A stretch of DNA of 64,000 bases from NCBI GenBank assembly GCA_050084985.1, contig JBITNC010000001.1, forward strand, positions 197,222,001-197,286,000. The letters run 5' to 3'. Source of the stretch: Nageia nagi (taxonomy: Eukaryota; Plantae; Pinophyta). Positions 13,212 through 24,668 of this stretch are shown here, one piece after another. The translations under genes and the position numbers were made by a program. Positions within the stretch are counted from its first letter, which is position 1. Every line of letters begins with the position of its first letter. The notes below the pieces were generated by a model. It was not told the origin of the DNA. It made no database searches and was given only the letters and a program-made list of their open reading frames with translations.

Positions 13212-14540
13212 AGGGATTCCCTTTTGTAAATATTTTATTTATTTATGCATTTGTTGCTAGTTACTTGGGATGGAAATATAATGGTCCATTGGATCCACAT
13301 TGTGAGCCCCATGAGGGACATTTTCCTCCCAAGCTAGGATTTGTTATTTAATATGTCATTAATGCACTTGGAGATCGTAAAGATGATTGTGGGAATCCCA
13401 AGACTTGTATAGCACCTAGATGACACTTAAGCATGGATAATCACTTAATTCCCCCAACATTGGATTTGAGAGCACTTGTATACATGCGTCAGCCTTGGGG
13501 AGACTTCTAGACCCCCACGTTGGCCCATGGTGACACCGAGACACCCATGCATGCACTCTAGGACCCCACGTAGCATGAATGACTCCCAAGAACCCATGTT
13601 GAGCATGAGGACCCATGTTGGGCTTGTAAAGGGCCCAAATACCCATGTTGGGCTTGGATTGACCCCTAAACACCTTCGTTGGACTTTGTGGAGCTTCTAG
13701 GAAGCCAACATTGGATTAGGGAGGCTCGGTGATGACTTTGAGATGATATCCATATCCAATGATGTGTTATATAAGGAAAAGGAGCCTCATTTCTGAGATA
13801 GACTGAATTTGATATTGAAACCCTTCTCTTCGGAGTTACGAAAGACTTGGCGGTGTCAAGTACCCTTGAGCATAGCGCACAAGGAGAGTCCAAGAGGCGT
13901 GGAACACCTTCTAACTAGCGGTTGAGGTGAATGTTCGTGCTGTGAGGTTGCCCTACCCTGAGGCATCCACAAGTGGTTTGCACCTTTGAATCCATTTGGT
14001 GGCATTTCGGAATCACATTGGTTCTCTTCGTCAGGAGCTAGCCTGTGAGGGAGCCCTTCAATGTGGCATCCATAGATTTGGTAGTGTGTGATTGTTCTAC
14101 AACAGTTTTGATAGTAGGATCTATCTTTGCATATTGTATTCCCTAGTTGGCTCCTTGGAGGCCAATGTTGAGCCCTCTTGGCCCTTTTTGGTATTGTACT
14201 CAACATTCTTTCATCAATAGAGCCGTAGCATACTTGGATCTTATATATTGTCTCATTATTTGATGTGTTTGGTGATATCTTGCTCCTATTGGTGAGACGT
14301 CATATTTCTGGAATGGTTTATGTAGTTTGCATGATTAATAGCTACGCTAATGCTACGTTGGGCCTTTGAGGCATTTCTTGGCTCAAGGAGTGCATTGTTG
14401 GGCTTTTTGGCTTGTTGTTCATGTTTGATGCCCTAGAACAGTTCGTGGCATGCCTATGAGTGCAAATTGATATTGTTTGATATTTATTTGGCTAATTTCT
14501 GCATTGAGCATTTTTTGGGATTTTACAGTGGTATCAGAGC
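13212..14540 (+). mobile_element. 5' LTR plus tRNA-iMet PBS of a truncated gag-protease family element
   Basis: LTR ends ...TTTACA at 14527, followed by TGGTATCAGAGC (14529-14540). U3 holds CCCACGTTGG-type repeats. Left boundary approximate; the internal region is lost. Confidence 0.7.
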
Positions 14541-14579
14541 TTGGATCTGGCCAGCCAGTGAATAAGACCTGCAATTTAT

Positions 14580-17260
14580 AATTATTATACCAGATCCAGC
14601 ATCGGAAGGGAAATGTCTTCAGCTAAGAACTGCAACCTTTCCAAATATTGGAAACCAACTAAATGGTAGAATTGCAACCTTGGAATACTACCAGCTGGAC
14701 TAAGATGTTGCACCTTAGCCGTAGATTAGCAAGATCCCTCAACCTACTAACCCTCCTAGATGCTGCACCTTAGGCAAGATTGCTTGATACTAAGCCAAGG
14801 CTTGTGCCTCCTAAAAAAAAGGAGAGTTAATCCAAAAACTAACATATCCAATGAAGTGTCTTGAGCTTCGTTTTATAACCTCATATCAAATGTTGCCTTG
14901 AAGAAGACTCCTAGATGCCTAGGGATGCTAATAATCACATTTAGTGGTCCATATTACAAGATCCAAGGTCTAGATATGCAACGTCCCATATTGAGACTAA
15001 TATTGCATTTACAATTATTAATGAGCTTTGGAATCATGTATTACAACTCATACAAATGGTCCCCATTATTACAAATGATAAAATACACTAAATCTACTCT
15101 TAATTACCAAGCTCACACCTAAATACAATCCATAACTAACTCATATCCCAAGGAGAGGGACATCACACTCTAAGGGGTCAATATGGAGATGTTTATGGAT
15201 TTCTATGCATGGGCGCGATATGGAAGATTGATCCAATTGGAAAACTTTAAGAGGCCATAACTCTTTCGTTTGCTGATGAAACCATGTTGTGTAACTTGTC
15301 AAAACATTTCCCACAAGATGCGCTATCCAACGAAGAAGTCTAATCAACCATCCAAAACTTGTGGCAAACTCCATATCCAAAAAGAGAATATATAGTATTC
15401 CAAATTCACCAATTTAGCCCAAAAGGGAATATTACAAAGCCTCCCCTTTTGAAATTGCTTGCCCTAAGCAATTGCAATACAATTCCAAGGTCCCAAATCC
15501 ATCTCAAAGAAAAAGATCCATCATGGTCAAATGAAGAAATCATATCAGCGATGCATTCATCATGCTCAAATGAAGAAATCATAACAGCTATATATTCAAC
15601 AAACTCAGCTTCAATAATATGCACAATAGCCTTCAAAACTGAACTATTATATTGAAAGTAAGGCAAAGCCAACACCCCAACATGCTTGTCAACATCTGAA
15701 ATGCAAACAACGGTCAATCTGCGAAGGTATGTTACCTTCCTCATGTGCTCAAGGTCACCAAGTAGTTCTGAAAAACTAGTAGCCTTTCCATGTCCCAATG
15801 CTATCCATGATGAGCACAAAATAGAGTGTAAACTTGGGGTGGCAAACCCTCCAACCCTTGCTGATTTTTTCTCATGCAACGCAATCCTCAAACCATGCAA
15901 TGTGAAGCAAGAATGTGGTCTAATGAGCATCCAATCAGCAGCAAATGTTTCTTTCCAGAGTACAGCCATTTTATTTTCTCTTAAGGCAACCTTCCTATGC
16001 AACATAGGTGAAAAACATGCAGGAATAGATCTGTTATAGAAATTAGCAAACAAAGCACTCCAAACCTGAACAGTGGGACTGAAATCGCGAAGATCTAAGT
16101 GGACAAACTGTCCCAAACAGTCTTCCATTTTATCCTATCAAATGCTGCCCTTAGAATGTATCAACTCAGCTCAGAATTGGTCACAAAGAAGGCTGAAATC
16201 AGATCTGAATTTTTCTCTTCTAAATCAGCCTATTCCAAGCACAAAGATGAAGAGTCGAACCTCCTTTTAATGCATAAATTGACCTCATATATTGCAGCTT
16301 TTTGGATCAGCAAAGTAACTTCTGAAATGACATGATTCCTTGCCCCAAATAGTGATGAATTTTCAGAAACATAATGGCAACAAAAATCAGCAAATGTACC
16401 TTCCCCATTCTTGTAAGTGAATGTGTCATGAGAAAATATGATACCCTTCTCATACTCAAATGCTATATCTTCATGCAAAAGCACAAACAAAAGTGAGCTA
16501 AAACAAGTGAGGCCATTGCCCGATATCATGTGCCAAGGATCCAAGTGGCCCCAAGGACCACCAAATCTTCTATCATAGGCTGAAATTTCCTTCCTCTTTC
16601 CTCTAGGGCTGATTTGGAAACCTTCATGCTTTCATTTTCATTCCCCATGATCACCTCCAACTTTCTTAATTGCTTATTCCCATTATGTGCTAACACACCC
16701 GGATTCCAAGGAGCTAGAAAAATATTGCAATTCACATGAAGAATTGATTTTTCTCATACATCACATTTTGAAACCAAAGGTATGAAACTAATGTGTATAT
16801 CCTCACAAGCTGATTGAAAAGCTTCAACATTCACATCTACATCAAGTTTCTTGTCATCTACTACATCCTCAACACTATGCAAAATTTTTGAATTGCTGTC
16901 ATAAAAATCAGAATTACTTTCATAACTTTTGTGGCTGATCCAGGTGTCACCATCATGCAATTGATTCTCTATGTCTTGAATCCAAGGCTCCACATTCTTC
17001 AATGTCCTCACCTTCTTTCTCAATATTGGCTTTGCTCTCAAAGCAAGCTCTCTTTTACTCTTTTTTTTTTTAGATCCGAAGGTCCAACCTTCTCCTTGAC
17101 GCACAAGGGAGTTTTGGGTCTTGTTGGTATGTTTTCCTTTTCTAGTCCAAAACATGCATAAGACTTTAAGGAAACAACGTTATTTATTTTTGCCTGAAAG
17201 GACTAGTTACCCCAAGCGCTCACATGGAATATGGTCTTAAGGCATAGTAGTCAGAGATGC
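14580..17260 (-). mobile_element. Degraded Gypsy 3' internal region plus truncated LTR (LTR begins at 15167)
   Basis: Reverse complement at 15167 begins TGTGATGTCCCTCTCC. Upstream ORF remnants carry WNPG/WDLG motifs like those seen in decayed plant Gypsy 3' regions. Confidence 0.45.
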
Positions 17261-18141
17261 ATGTTGTTAGCCGTATACAAGGGAAATACAACGTCAGAGT
17301 TCTTTTCCACAATGAAGAAAGACTGCAAATGTGAACAAAAGCGAAAAAAGATTACAAATGTAGGGACAAACACAGGGATGAGTGCAAAGGATTATAAAGA
17401 AAAATGAACTTATGAAGATATCAACAGTGATGCAATGTCTCGGTAGGTCATCTCCGAATTCATTAAGATGAGTGTATTCACTATCAAGCCGGGCAACAAA
17501 CTCAAATTACTATCAGACGAGAGCAAAAGGCTGTAGGGTCTTGGTGGAAGACTCGGTGGAACAAGGATAAATGAAGTGAAGGCGTGAATACGCGGGCCTA
17601 ACCGAATGACATAGAGACAAGCTATACACCCGAGAATACATTCACTTGCGTGCAAACCATGCAAATAATAGTTTAAACCATTTCAACAAATATTCAATAT
17701 GCAACTTGAGGAAGAAAACTATTCAGACATGCATAATCCCACAAATGACAATCTTCACAGTATTTACTTTGTAGTTCTATTCCAGAAAGGAATCAATGTA
17801 TAATGATATTCAATAACATAAGCAGTGACATTCCTTGCTTGATAGCAGTAACTTCAAAATGATATTCAAAATAGAGATGCAATGGTACGTAATCATAGCA
17901 AGCATAAAACCCCTTATTCAACAATCTTCTATGCGATGGAATGCTGAAATCTTTTCATATGCAAATTCACACACATGCCAAATCCTCACAGATAGACAAT
18001 GATACGCATAAATGGCACATATGCTATGGATTCTTTAATTTTGTAAATGTAAAGAAATTCTGGCAGTTCTTACAAATGCAAAATCTTATGCAATCAATGT
18101 TATGCAATATTCCAAATGCAAAATCCCAAATGCCAAAATCC

Positions 18142-21100
18142 AAAGGTTCCACGGTGAGTTGGGAGTGGTAGAGTGGCATTTTTAGGGAACGGCTCTGATT
18201 CGGTAGGTAGAGCGGCTAGTAAAAAATCCCTAGGATTTTTAGATTTTTTCTTGTTCATTGTTTCTAATTCATTTTTACTATCAATTATATATCAAATATG
18301 AATTTAAATTACAAAACATAATCAAGTATGAATCTGAAAGGTAGAAACGAGAAATCAAAGCGAACCATAATGTCATTAAGTGACAAACAAGTCTGAATCA
18401 GTAGTACATAATGTCATAATATCAAAATGAGTCATAATGTCATAGTAGCAAAATGCCAAATGCTCAAAATGACAAAACCATAACTATTAAGTATTAATAC
18501 TATCAAACTATGGCTCTAGCCTCTAAGACTTTAAGTCTAATCCTCTGGCTCTAAGAGCTCATGTGCCCCTAATATATTTTGATTGTAGTCAGAATCAACA
18601 TCCTCCTCATCCATATCATGATCATCTGATGAGCTTCCCTCATCATCCAACTGGACATGCTTCATGTCCAATGGCAATCATATCAACCCCTAAGCATCAT
18701 CATCAACCTCTTGACTAGCTGCCTCCACAGGATCAATATCCTATCTTAAAAGTGGACTAGCTCTATACTTTGGCTTCATCCTCTCACGAAGGCGAAGATA
18801 GCTATATACCGCTACTAGCTTCTCTGCTCTCTTTGGGGTAAGCCTGTTCCTCTTCATGTTGTGGATGAAGCCATATGTAGACCAATTCCTTTTTTGCAGC
18901 AGAGGAACTACCAACCTACAAACAAATTTGTCATTTGATAAAATTATAATTAGAAACATGAAACATCAAAGTTCAAACAATTTGAATTATTCAAATTTGA
19001 AATTTCTTCTACTAATATGAGTAAGGAGCCTAACTGCAAGTTGCCTCAATTCTGGAGCATCATCCCCATATAGATCCCACCATCCAATGGGATCACTTTG
19101 GGCAATGGTAGCCCTATCCTCCTTGCACTCTGGTGTGCCAAAACGAAGACCCCTAAGTCTTGAAAATTGCATGAATTGTTTTCTAAGGATGGCAGCCTCC
19201 TCTGATGTATACACCTTTTTCAAAAATTTCATGAATCCACTTTTCACTTCTGAGTCATTAATGGGTATATTTTTGCCTTCCTTGGGAACATACCATTTTG
19301 GATTTAGAGCATGGGAAGCCATATGCATTGGGTTGTTCATCTTAATCCACTTATAAGAAATTAAAAAATAAAATTAAAAACTTAAAACTACAAAGTACAA
19401 AAACAATGAATCAACATTTCTTATGGTTACCTATTCATTATAATGGGAAGAATGTAGTTTGTATAAAATGAAGGATCTTTGGCATTAATGATATTTTTTA
19501 TTCGCTCAATCATGTTGTCAAAAGTCTTATATATTTCTCTTAAATTAGGAGAATCTGTATTACCATACCTAATGACATCATGGATTGGAGCAATAAAACT
19601 TACCATGTACCTACAAGGATTAAAAAAAACAAAAAGTTAAAAAGCTACATAGTAATATAAACAATCAATAACAAAAAATTTAAAATTAAAATTTAAAATG
19701 AAACTTCATTTACCTAATTTCATCCCACCAACTATCATTTAAGATTTTAAATCTGTGCTTTTCCCTCATCTGACTCAAATTCCTACCACTTCTTCCATTT
19801 TGATGACACTACTATGGATTGGAGTGGGTGCTGTAACTCAAGCATCCTCTCCAAGAGAAGGTAATATGTGGCATATCTTGTTTCAACAGGTTTGATGAAC
19901 TCCTTTGAGAAGCACCGAAACAAGGCCATTGATGTGTGATGGTTGTAAATAAACATTTGCATATTTCTAACCCCTTGAACCATATCTTTCACCCATTCTA
20001 TCTTTCCAATATCTCTCAAAGCATTGTTTAAAGCCTGCACACAACATGGAGTCCAATAAATATGTTTAAAAGTGGACTCTACCAATTTACCTGCTCTTTT
20101 ACAAATAGGGGTTGCATCTGTAATGACTTACAAGACAACAAAAAATTAAAATTAGAATATTAGATATTGAAAAATTAAAAGTAAAAAAAATAAAATGAAA
20201 AGTAGAAATTCTATAAAATTAAAAATAAAATAGCAAAATAATTTTACCTGCACAACATTGGATGGGCCTACATTCTCAATAGCTTGCTTCAATAGATGAA
20301 ACTGGAACTCTGAATCCTTTTCCTTCCCAAAGCAATCAATAGCTCAAAGAAAAAAATAACCATCTGGACATGTAATAATTATATTGATGAGTTGATGCTG
20401 ATGAATGTCAGTCCATCCATCCATCATTATGGAACACCCATTATGCACCCATGATGTTTTCATTGTATGCATAATCAAAGTACATTTAGCATAATGCTTC
20501 TCTAAAAGACTAGTATGAAGTCTAGTCTTCTCGGGAAGAACATATGAAAGCTCTTCTTCCTTTACCTTTTCAAATGCATCTTTGAAATAGAGTGACCGTG
20601 CAAGATGGAAGGGTAGCCTATGTGCATAAAAAAAGAAACCCAAATCATCATCGACAATTTTTTTTGCTTGTATATTCAATGCATCATGTATGTTCCCTTT
20701 TTTTCTTGATGCAGACAATGTAGGACTCGGTAAATTAGAAGAAGCAGGGTGTGTGGAAGAAGATGCATATGCACCGGTAATGGGACATGGCTGGCTAGGA
20801 GTAGGGCGGTTAGATCAAGTATTTTCATTTCTTTGTTGTTTTAAATCAGGTTTAGTGCCCATATGTGTAAGCCTTATAATTTTTGCAACCTGAACACTCA
20901 CTCCAAACCCTATTTTATGTGAGAGGTGTGCATCTAGCCTAGTATAGCTTCCTGTAAATCTAGTTGAATAAAAATTACAAATCACTTTTTTCCTTCCTCC
21001 GGTTGAACTTGAAGTATTTTTTGCCTTGGGATCATTTCTAAAAAATTGCTGTAGAGGTTTTTTGGTATTAAATGGTCCTACAGCAAATGGTTTTAGCAAC

Positions 21101-21723
21101 ATAGAGGGACACTCAAAACTGATTGTGTCAGAATGCTGACTCAGAAGTTTGTGATTGTTCAGTTCGTACATGATACATATTTATATTTTCATTTTGAATT
21201 TCAATTTCTTCCTCACTCCCACTTTCATTTTTAGGAAGAAAACCCTCTATCATTATTCATTTTGATTTTGGATTCTGGACAAAAAAAATTTTAAAATCAA
21301 AATGAAACTCTTTACAATATCTAAAATTTTTAAAAATCTAACAAGTAAGAAAGAAAGAAAATCTACCTTGTCCTTCTTACTGCTGTAGTTTTTTCTTCTT
21401 CACTCCTCTCTTCCTTGCTGCTGTGTTTTTTCTTCTTCACTGTTTTTTTGTTGGGGCTGCACAAAAAAGATGAGAATAGAAACTAAGATTGGGAGGGTTA
21501 TAGTAAATTTTTAGGATTTGGGGGGGTGGTGGCATGAGTGGGACCCACCCCCATGCATTTCTTTTTAAAGTTTTGAGCTTCAAAAAAAAAAATGTTGGCA
21601 AATTTTTTTTGGCTCACGGTGGGAGCTTGGGGCCGATCCTCTGTGGCCAATACGAAGCATCGGGAGCCGCTCAAGCGCTCTGGATCGGATGGAGCAGCTA
21701 GAGTGCGCTCCGATGGACCCTTG
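18142..21723 (-). mobile_element. hAT DNA transposon
   Basis: Perfect 8-bp TSD CAAAATCC (18134-18141, 21724-21731). Imperfect TIRs AAAGGTTCCA / CAAGGGTCCA. Internal transposase. Confidence 0.9.
18560..21100 (-). pseudogene. hAT transposase (BED-finger remnant, DUF659, dimerisation domain), multi-exon, disrupted
   Basis: Motifs GCSIMMDGWTD, IYWTPCC, ETRYAT, LNPKWY, WWDLYG..PEL..LA, NWSTYGFIH..KRNRL..RAEKLV. AT-rich introns; frameshifts and stops. Confidence 0.85.
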
Positions 21724-22736
21724 CAAAATCCCCTTCTAAATGGCCATGGAGTATAAATAGGCCACTAGAAGTGTTGCCCTAAGGGTATCAAATTCGATAT
21801 GGTGTGCACACACGCAACACACCTACCGATACAAAATCTGATTGTTCACATGAAATGATGCAAGTTCCACTTAAAAGTCTGACAAAATATAAATGCCACT
21901 ACCAAAATGCATTTAATCTACCTCTAAACTACTCAAAAGTAAATCAGATATGCAATGAAAGTCTGACATCTGAACGGATGGGAGCAAAACCTCATCCCTG
22001 CACCGATCAGAGTCATAATTGAGTTTGATAGATTTGATCTGGAGGGAGCAAAAACTCATCCCTACACCAGGCAAATCAAGTAAATAAATTATGATCATAA
22101 CAACCATCATCATAAAACTGCATTAAACAATAGAAAGATTGTCGTAGGGAGAATTCGCGAGTCGATCAGATCTAGGCTAGATCTATTTTGGTATCGGCGG
22201 AGTTCCACTCCTCATTGGTGAGACCGTACAATTCAATGCTCTCATCCAAGAACGCCAGTCTTTTGTATGCCACTAGAAATCATGCCAATGATGCTGCCAT
22301 TCTGCCAAAAGTAGTCCTCTATCTTCTTGGATGTAGCCTGCATCTGGTGCCTCCAGATGACCATCCGCATTTCGTGGATGATGGGATGCCCTGCCTTTAG
22401 CAAACTGAGGTCATCGACGTCTAGATGCTCCTGTATCAGGTTCTGAGCCTCTGCCAATACTGCCTCTTTCCTCCTTACGCTGTTGTCCTCCCCTTGGAAC
22501 TTGAGCTGATAGACACAGTCGCTCATCTGTTCCTTGATCTCCTTTTTCAAGGGGATTCTAAGCTTTAGGACTGCGTTGCACTTCTCAAGTGCATGATTCA
22601 GCCAGTCGTGATGGTAGGTGAACTCGTGGTAGTAGACTAACTTCTTGGGATTGTCAGCATGAATGTGCTGCAGATGGGAAACATTGGGAAGGTAGCCATC
22701 CAACACGCTAAGGTGTGCTGAGATTTGTGTCTTAAG

Positions 22737-24668
22737 TGTTGGACTTCGAGTGACACTGAGAGGGGGGGTGAATCAGTGTATATAAAAATAATCAATTTAA
22801 CCTTCTTAAATAAAGATAGATTAGAAGCCAGAGAAAATTGAGCAAGCACACCAGTACATCACACAACACCAGATGTAACGAGGTTCACCAGATTGGCTAC
22901 ATCCCCGAAAATGACTGCTTGGACACCAATCCAAATCCAGCCATTAAAGAAAGCTTACAGATTCACAGCACCAACTGTGAAGGGTAGCACCAACTACCAC
23001 TTTGCAAATAGCAGCACCTACTGCTTGGAGCACCAACTCCAGCTCTCAAGCACCCACTTGAGACAACATTCAAAAAGGAGGAAAGAATACAGTTCTAGAA
23101 GACCCTCAATGGTCTAGCTCTGATGTTCACTGTTTTATCTCTGCACACAGCTCCAAAGTAACACACTTAAACAATCACACTCCTATCTGCATATTCGTTT
23201 GCTCACTTCACGTTCTCCTGATACTCCCCTCTTCCGCCCTATTACCTCCACGACCACTCTTCTCTCCACACTACTCTCCTCTTTCACGCTCTTACCACAC
23301 TTCTCCTCATGCTTCCCTTCGCACTCTTTTTCCACACTATCTCCTATCCATACTTTTCACATCCGTTCCTACAGCCGTTACACATCAAGAAAACCCCCGG
23401 GAATATGTTCCTATCATGACACGTTATTAAAAACAAACTGAAAAGAAATCTTTATTTGTAACTGCTGTAACTGACGAACGCTCCTATTGCTCAAACAGAG
23501 TTGTTCAGACAAGTGTAGCTCTTTCTTCACTGATTTTGAAGATTTGACAGTATCTGATTATTTCTGATAATCCCGAACTCTTTTCTTCTTCATAATGGTA
23601 GTTCTGGGTTTCTCTTGCCTTAGTTCTGAAGTCTCTTTCTATAGCCTAGAGCAATTGACTAGCTTACCGGATGTTTATTGTATACACCATGATGTCATCA
23701 TCTCCGGACTCCGGAAGAGAGTTCCAAGGTATCTGCGTGGTCTTCCGGACTTTTCAACACCAACTGCTAACGTCATCTTCTCTGGACTCCGGAAGTAGAG
23801 TAAAACGCTTCCCGCGATGTCCGGACTTTTATCTTCGGACTTTTATCTCCGGACTTTTATCTCCGGACTTTTATCTCCGGACTTTTATCTCCGCACTTTT
23901 ATCTCCGGACTTTTATCTCCGGACTTTTATCTCCGGACTTTTATCTCCGGACTTTTATCTTCGATCTTTTATCTCCGGACTTTTATCTCCGGACTTTTAT
24001 CTCCGGACTTTTCTCTTCGGACTTTTCTCTCCGGACTTTTATCTCCGGACTTTTATCTCCGGACTTTTCTCTCCGGACTTTTATCTCCGGACTTTTATCT
24101 CCGGACTTTTATCTCCGGACTTTTCTCTCCGGACTTTTCTCTCCGGACTTTTATCTCCGGACTTTTATCTCCGGACTTTTATCTCCGGACTTTTCTCTTC
24201 GGACTTTTATCTTCGGACTTTTATCTCCGGACTTTTATCTTCGCACTTTTATTTCCGGACTTTTATCTTCGGACTTTTATCTCCGGACTTTTATCTCCGA
24301 TCTTTTATCTCCGGACTTTTATCTCCGGACTTTTATCTCCGGACTTTTCTCTCCGGACTTTTATCTTCGGACTTTTATCTCCGGACTTTTATTCACCCCT
24401 TGCTGACCTCATCATCTCCGGAACCCGGTTTCATTCAAAAATGTGAACATCGTTCTTCTCGTGACATCATCTTCATGCTTCCGGAATGCTCTACTCACTT
24501 TCTCCGGAACTTGGTTTTTTCCACAACTGAGCTTTTATCATTTCATTCCGGAACGCTTAATTTACTAACCCCGGCTTTTCAATTCTCCTTGCTGACCTCA
24601 TCACCTCCGGAACCCGGTCTTTACCAAAACCACGTGTTGACAACAATGACAAACACACATGCTCAACA
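22737..24668 (-). mobile_element. Copia SIRE/Maximus-like solo LTR
   Basis: TG...CA termini. Perfect TSD TTAAG (22732-22736, 24669-24673). Minus-strand end has ATTCACCCCCCCTCTCAGTG, typical of SIRE U5. Confidence 0.85.
23820..24391. repeat. 14-bp tandem repeat (ATCTCCGGACTTTT)n, ~40 copies
   Basis: Read directly. Produces the 14-aa periodicity ISGLLSPDFYLRTF in the ORF track. Confidence 0.95.

Noticed and set aside
3608-15167. Inverted TGTGATGTCCCTCTCC ends as TIRs of one large DNA transposon
   Set aside because: No TSD. Both are 5' ends of related LTRs in opposite orientation.
15406-16128. 240-aa ORF as a host gene or LINE ORF2
   Set aside because: No recognisable endonuclease, RT or host domain. 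It lies in a decayed retroelement region next to an LTR.
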